Below are positions 62,957 to 64,000 of a stretch of DNA of 64,000 nt, in pieces. The position numbers were made by a program, and so were the translations under genes. The stretch's first letter is position 1, and each line of letters opens with the position of its first letter. Where the stretch lies: assembly GCF_006345805.1 (NCBI RefSeq), contig NC_043001.1:25048001-25112000 (forward strand). The letters are read 5' to 3'. The notes beneath the pieces are model-generated. The model did no database searches and had not been told where the DNA came from. It was given only the letters and a program-made list of their open reading frames with translations. This DNA is from Octopus sinensis (taxonomy: Eukaryota).

Positions 62957-63125
62957 TCCCTCCAACATCGCTTGACAACCGATGCTGGTGTGTTTATGTC
63001 CCTGTAACTTAGCGGTTCGGCAAAAGAGACCGATAGAATAAGTACAAGTCTTACAAAGAATAAGTCCTGGGGTCGATTTGCTCCAGCATGGCCACAGTCA
63101 AATGACTGAAACAAGTAAAAGAGTA
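62734..63125 (+). mobile_element. SINE family A, 5'-truncated
   Basis: Match to family A. Confidence 0.9.
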
Positions 63126-63162
63126 AATATTTTTTTGTTAGGTTATATTTTCTGGGCGAAAT

Positions 63163-63380
63163 AAGGTGGCAAGCTGACAAAATCATTAGCATGCCGGACA
63201 AAATGCTTAGCAGCATTCCGTCCGTCTTTACGTTCCTAATTCAAATTCTGCCGAGGTCGACTTTGCCTCTCATCCTTTCGGGGTCGATAAAATGAATAGC
63301 AATGGAGCACTTGGGTCGAGGTAATCGACTTACCCCACGACCCCCGAAATTGCTGTTCTTGTGCCAAAATTTGAAACTAA
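63163..63380 (+). mobile_element. SINE family C (alternative tail)
   Basis: Flanked by direct repeat tttctgggcgaaat. Confidence 0.88.
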
Positions 63381-63559
63381 TATTTCTGGGCGAAATCCTT
63401 CCTTTGAAATAGAATATCACCCAAAATGATATCTTGTTACTGTTATGATATATTTCTCCGAATTAATCATATTTGTGCCAGTCACTTTGAGCTTGATCTC
63501 CAGATTCAATTCCTCTTCAGTAGTAAGTCCCTTGGACATTACTTCCTCGAGTCCAAAGA

Positions 63560-63795
63560 CTCATAGGTCCAGTTGCCCAGTTTTCATAAGTGACCAAGAT
63601 GAGAACATTCCTCCCTGAATGGGAACGCTAGACCGTCAGAGTTGCTCGTCTACAGCTGAATGGACTGGAGCAACGCGAAACGTAGTGTTTTGTTCAAAAA
63701 CATAACGTCCCGCCCAGCCTAGGAATCGAAACCTCAATCTTGCGACCGAAAGTGCAACACCCTGACCACTAGCCCATACGCTTTCGCCCCCTCCA
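63560..63795 (-). mobile_element. SINE family D-related copy
   Basis: tggactggagcaacgcgaaac...ggaatcgaaacc...ccctgaccactag. Confidence 0.7.
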
Positions 63796-64000
63796 CCATA
63801 ATATTTACATCCAAAAATATATCATCTTGAAGGTTTCTTTTATTTATATATCGTCCCTTGAGGTCTTTCTTTTACCCTTCGAAAAATGGCTCTTGCAGCT
63901 TTTATGCTACACAGCATTCTTGTCCATTTCAACTCACGAATGCAAAGTTAACTATAGTGATTCCTTTGAAGTTATTTCCTGTTTGAATTTGGTGATATGC

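Overview
This is eukaryotic, AT-rich, repeat-saturated genomic DNA. The SINE and LINE families and the abundant (TA)n/(TG)n tracts suggest a coleoid cephalopod such as Octopus (inference from recalled repeat families, no database search). No intact host protein-coding gene could be supported. Autonomous-type elements, all decayed: two CR1-group LINEs (4136-6640 +, 44509-47540 -), an RTE LINE with a PHD finger (12181-14853), an R4/Dong-type LINE beside (TAA)n, a mariner split by two SINEs, and a Penelope-like GIY-YIG remnant. Non-autonomous elements: dozens of SINE copies in about four groups, piggyBac-like and Merlin-like MITEs, and a 56-bp minimal Helitron. There are also minisatellites and local tandem duplications. 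The main hidden signal is eight hammerhead-ribozyme folds from seven unrelated sequence contexts. Most have palindromic minimal stem III and long stem II inserts, and they lie in non-coding, mostly (TA)n-flanked Penelope-like elements, several of which end in hairpins or inverted arms. Also notable: SINE and LINE 3' tails that share structure, a CpG-decay boundary near 59 kb, and weak evidence for a minus-strand spliced transcript. Repeat boundaries were read by eye and are approximate.
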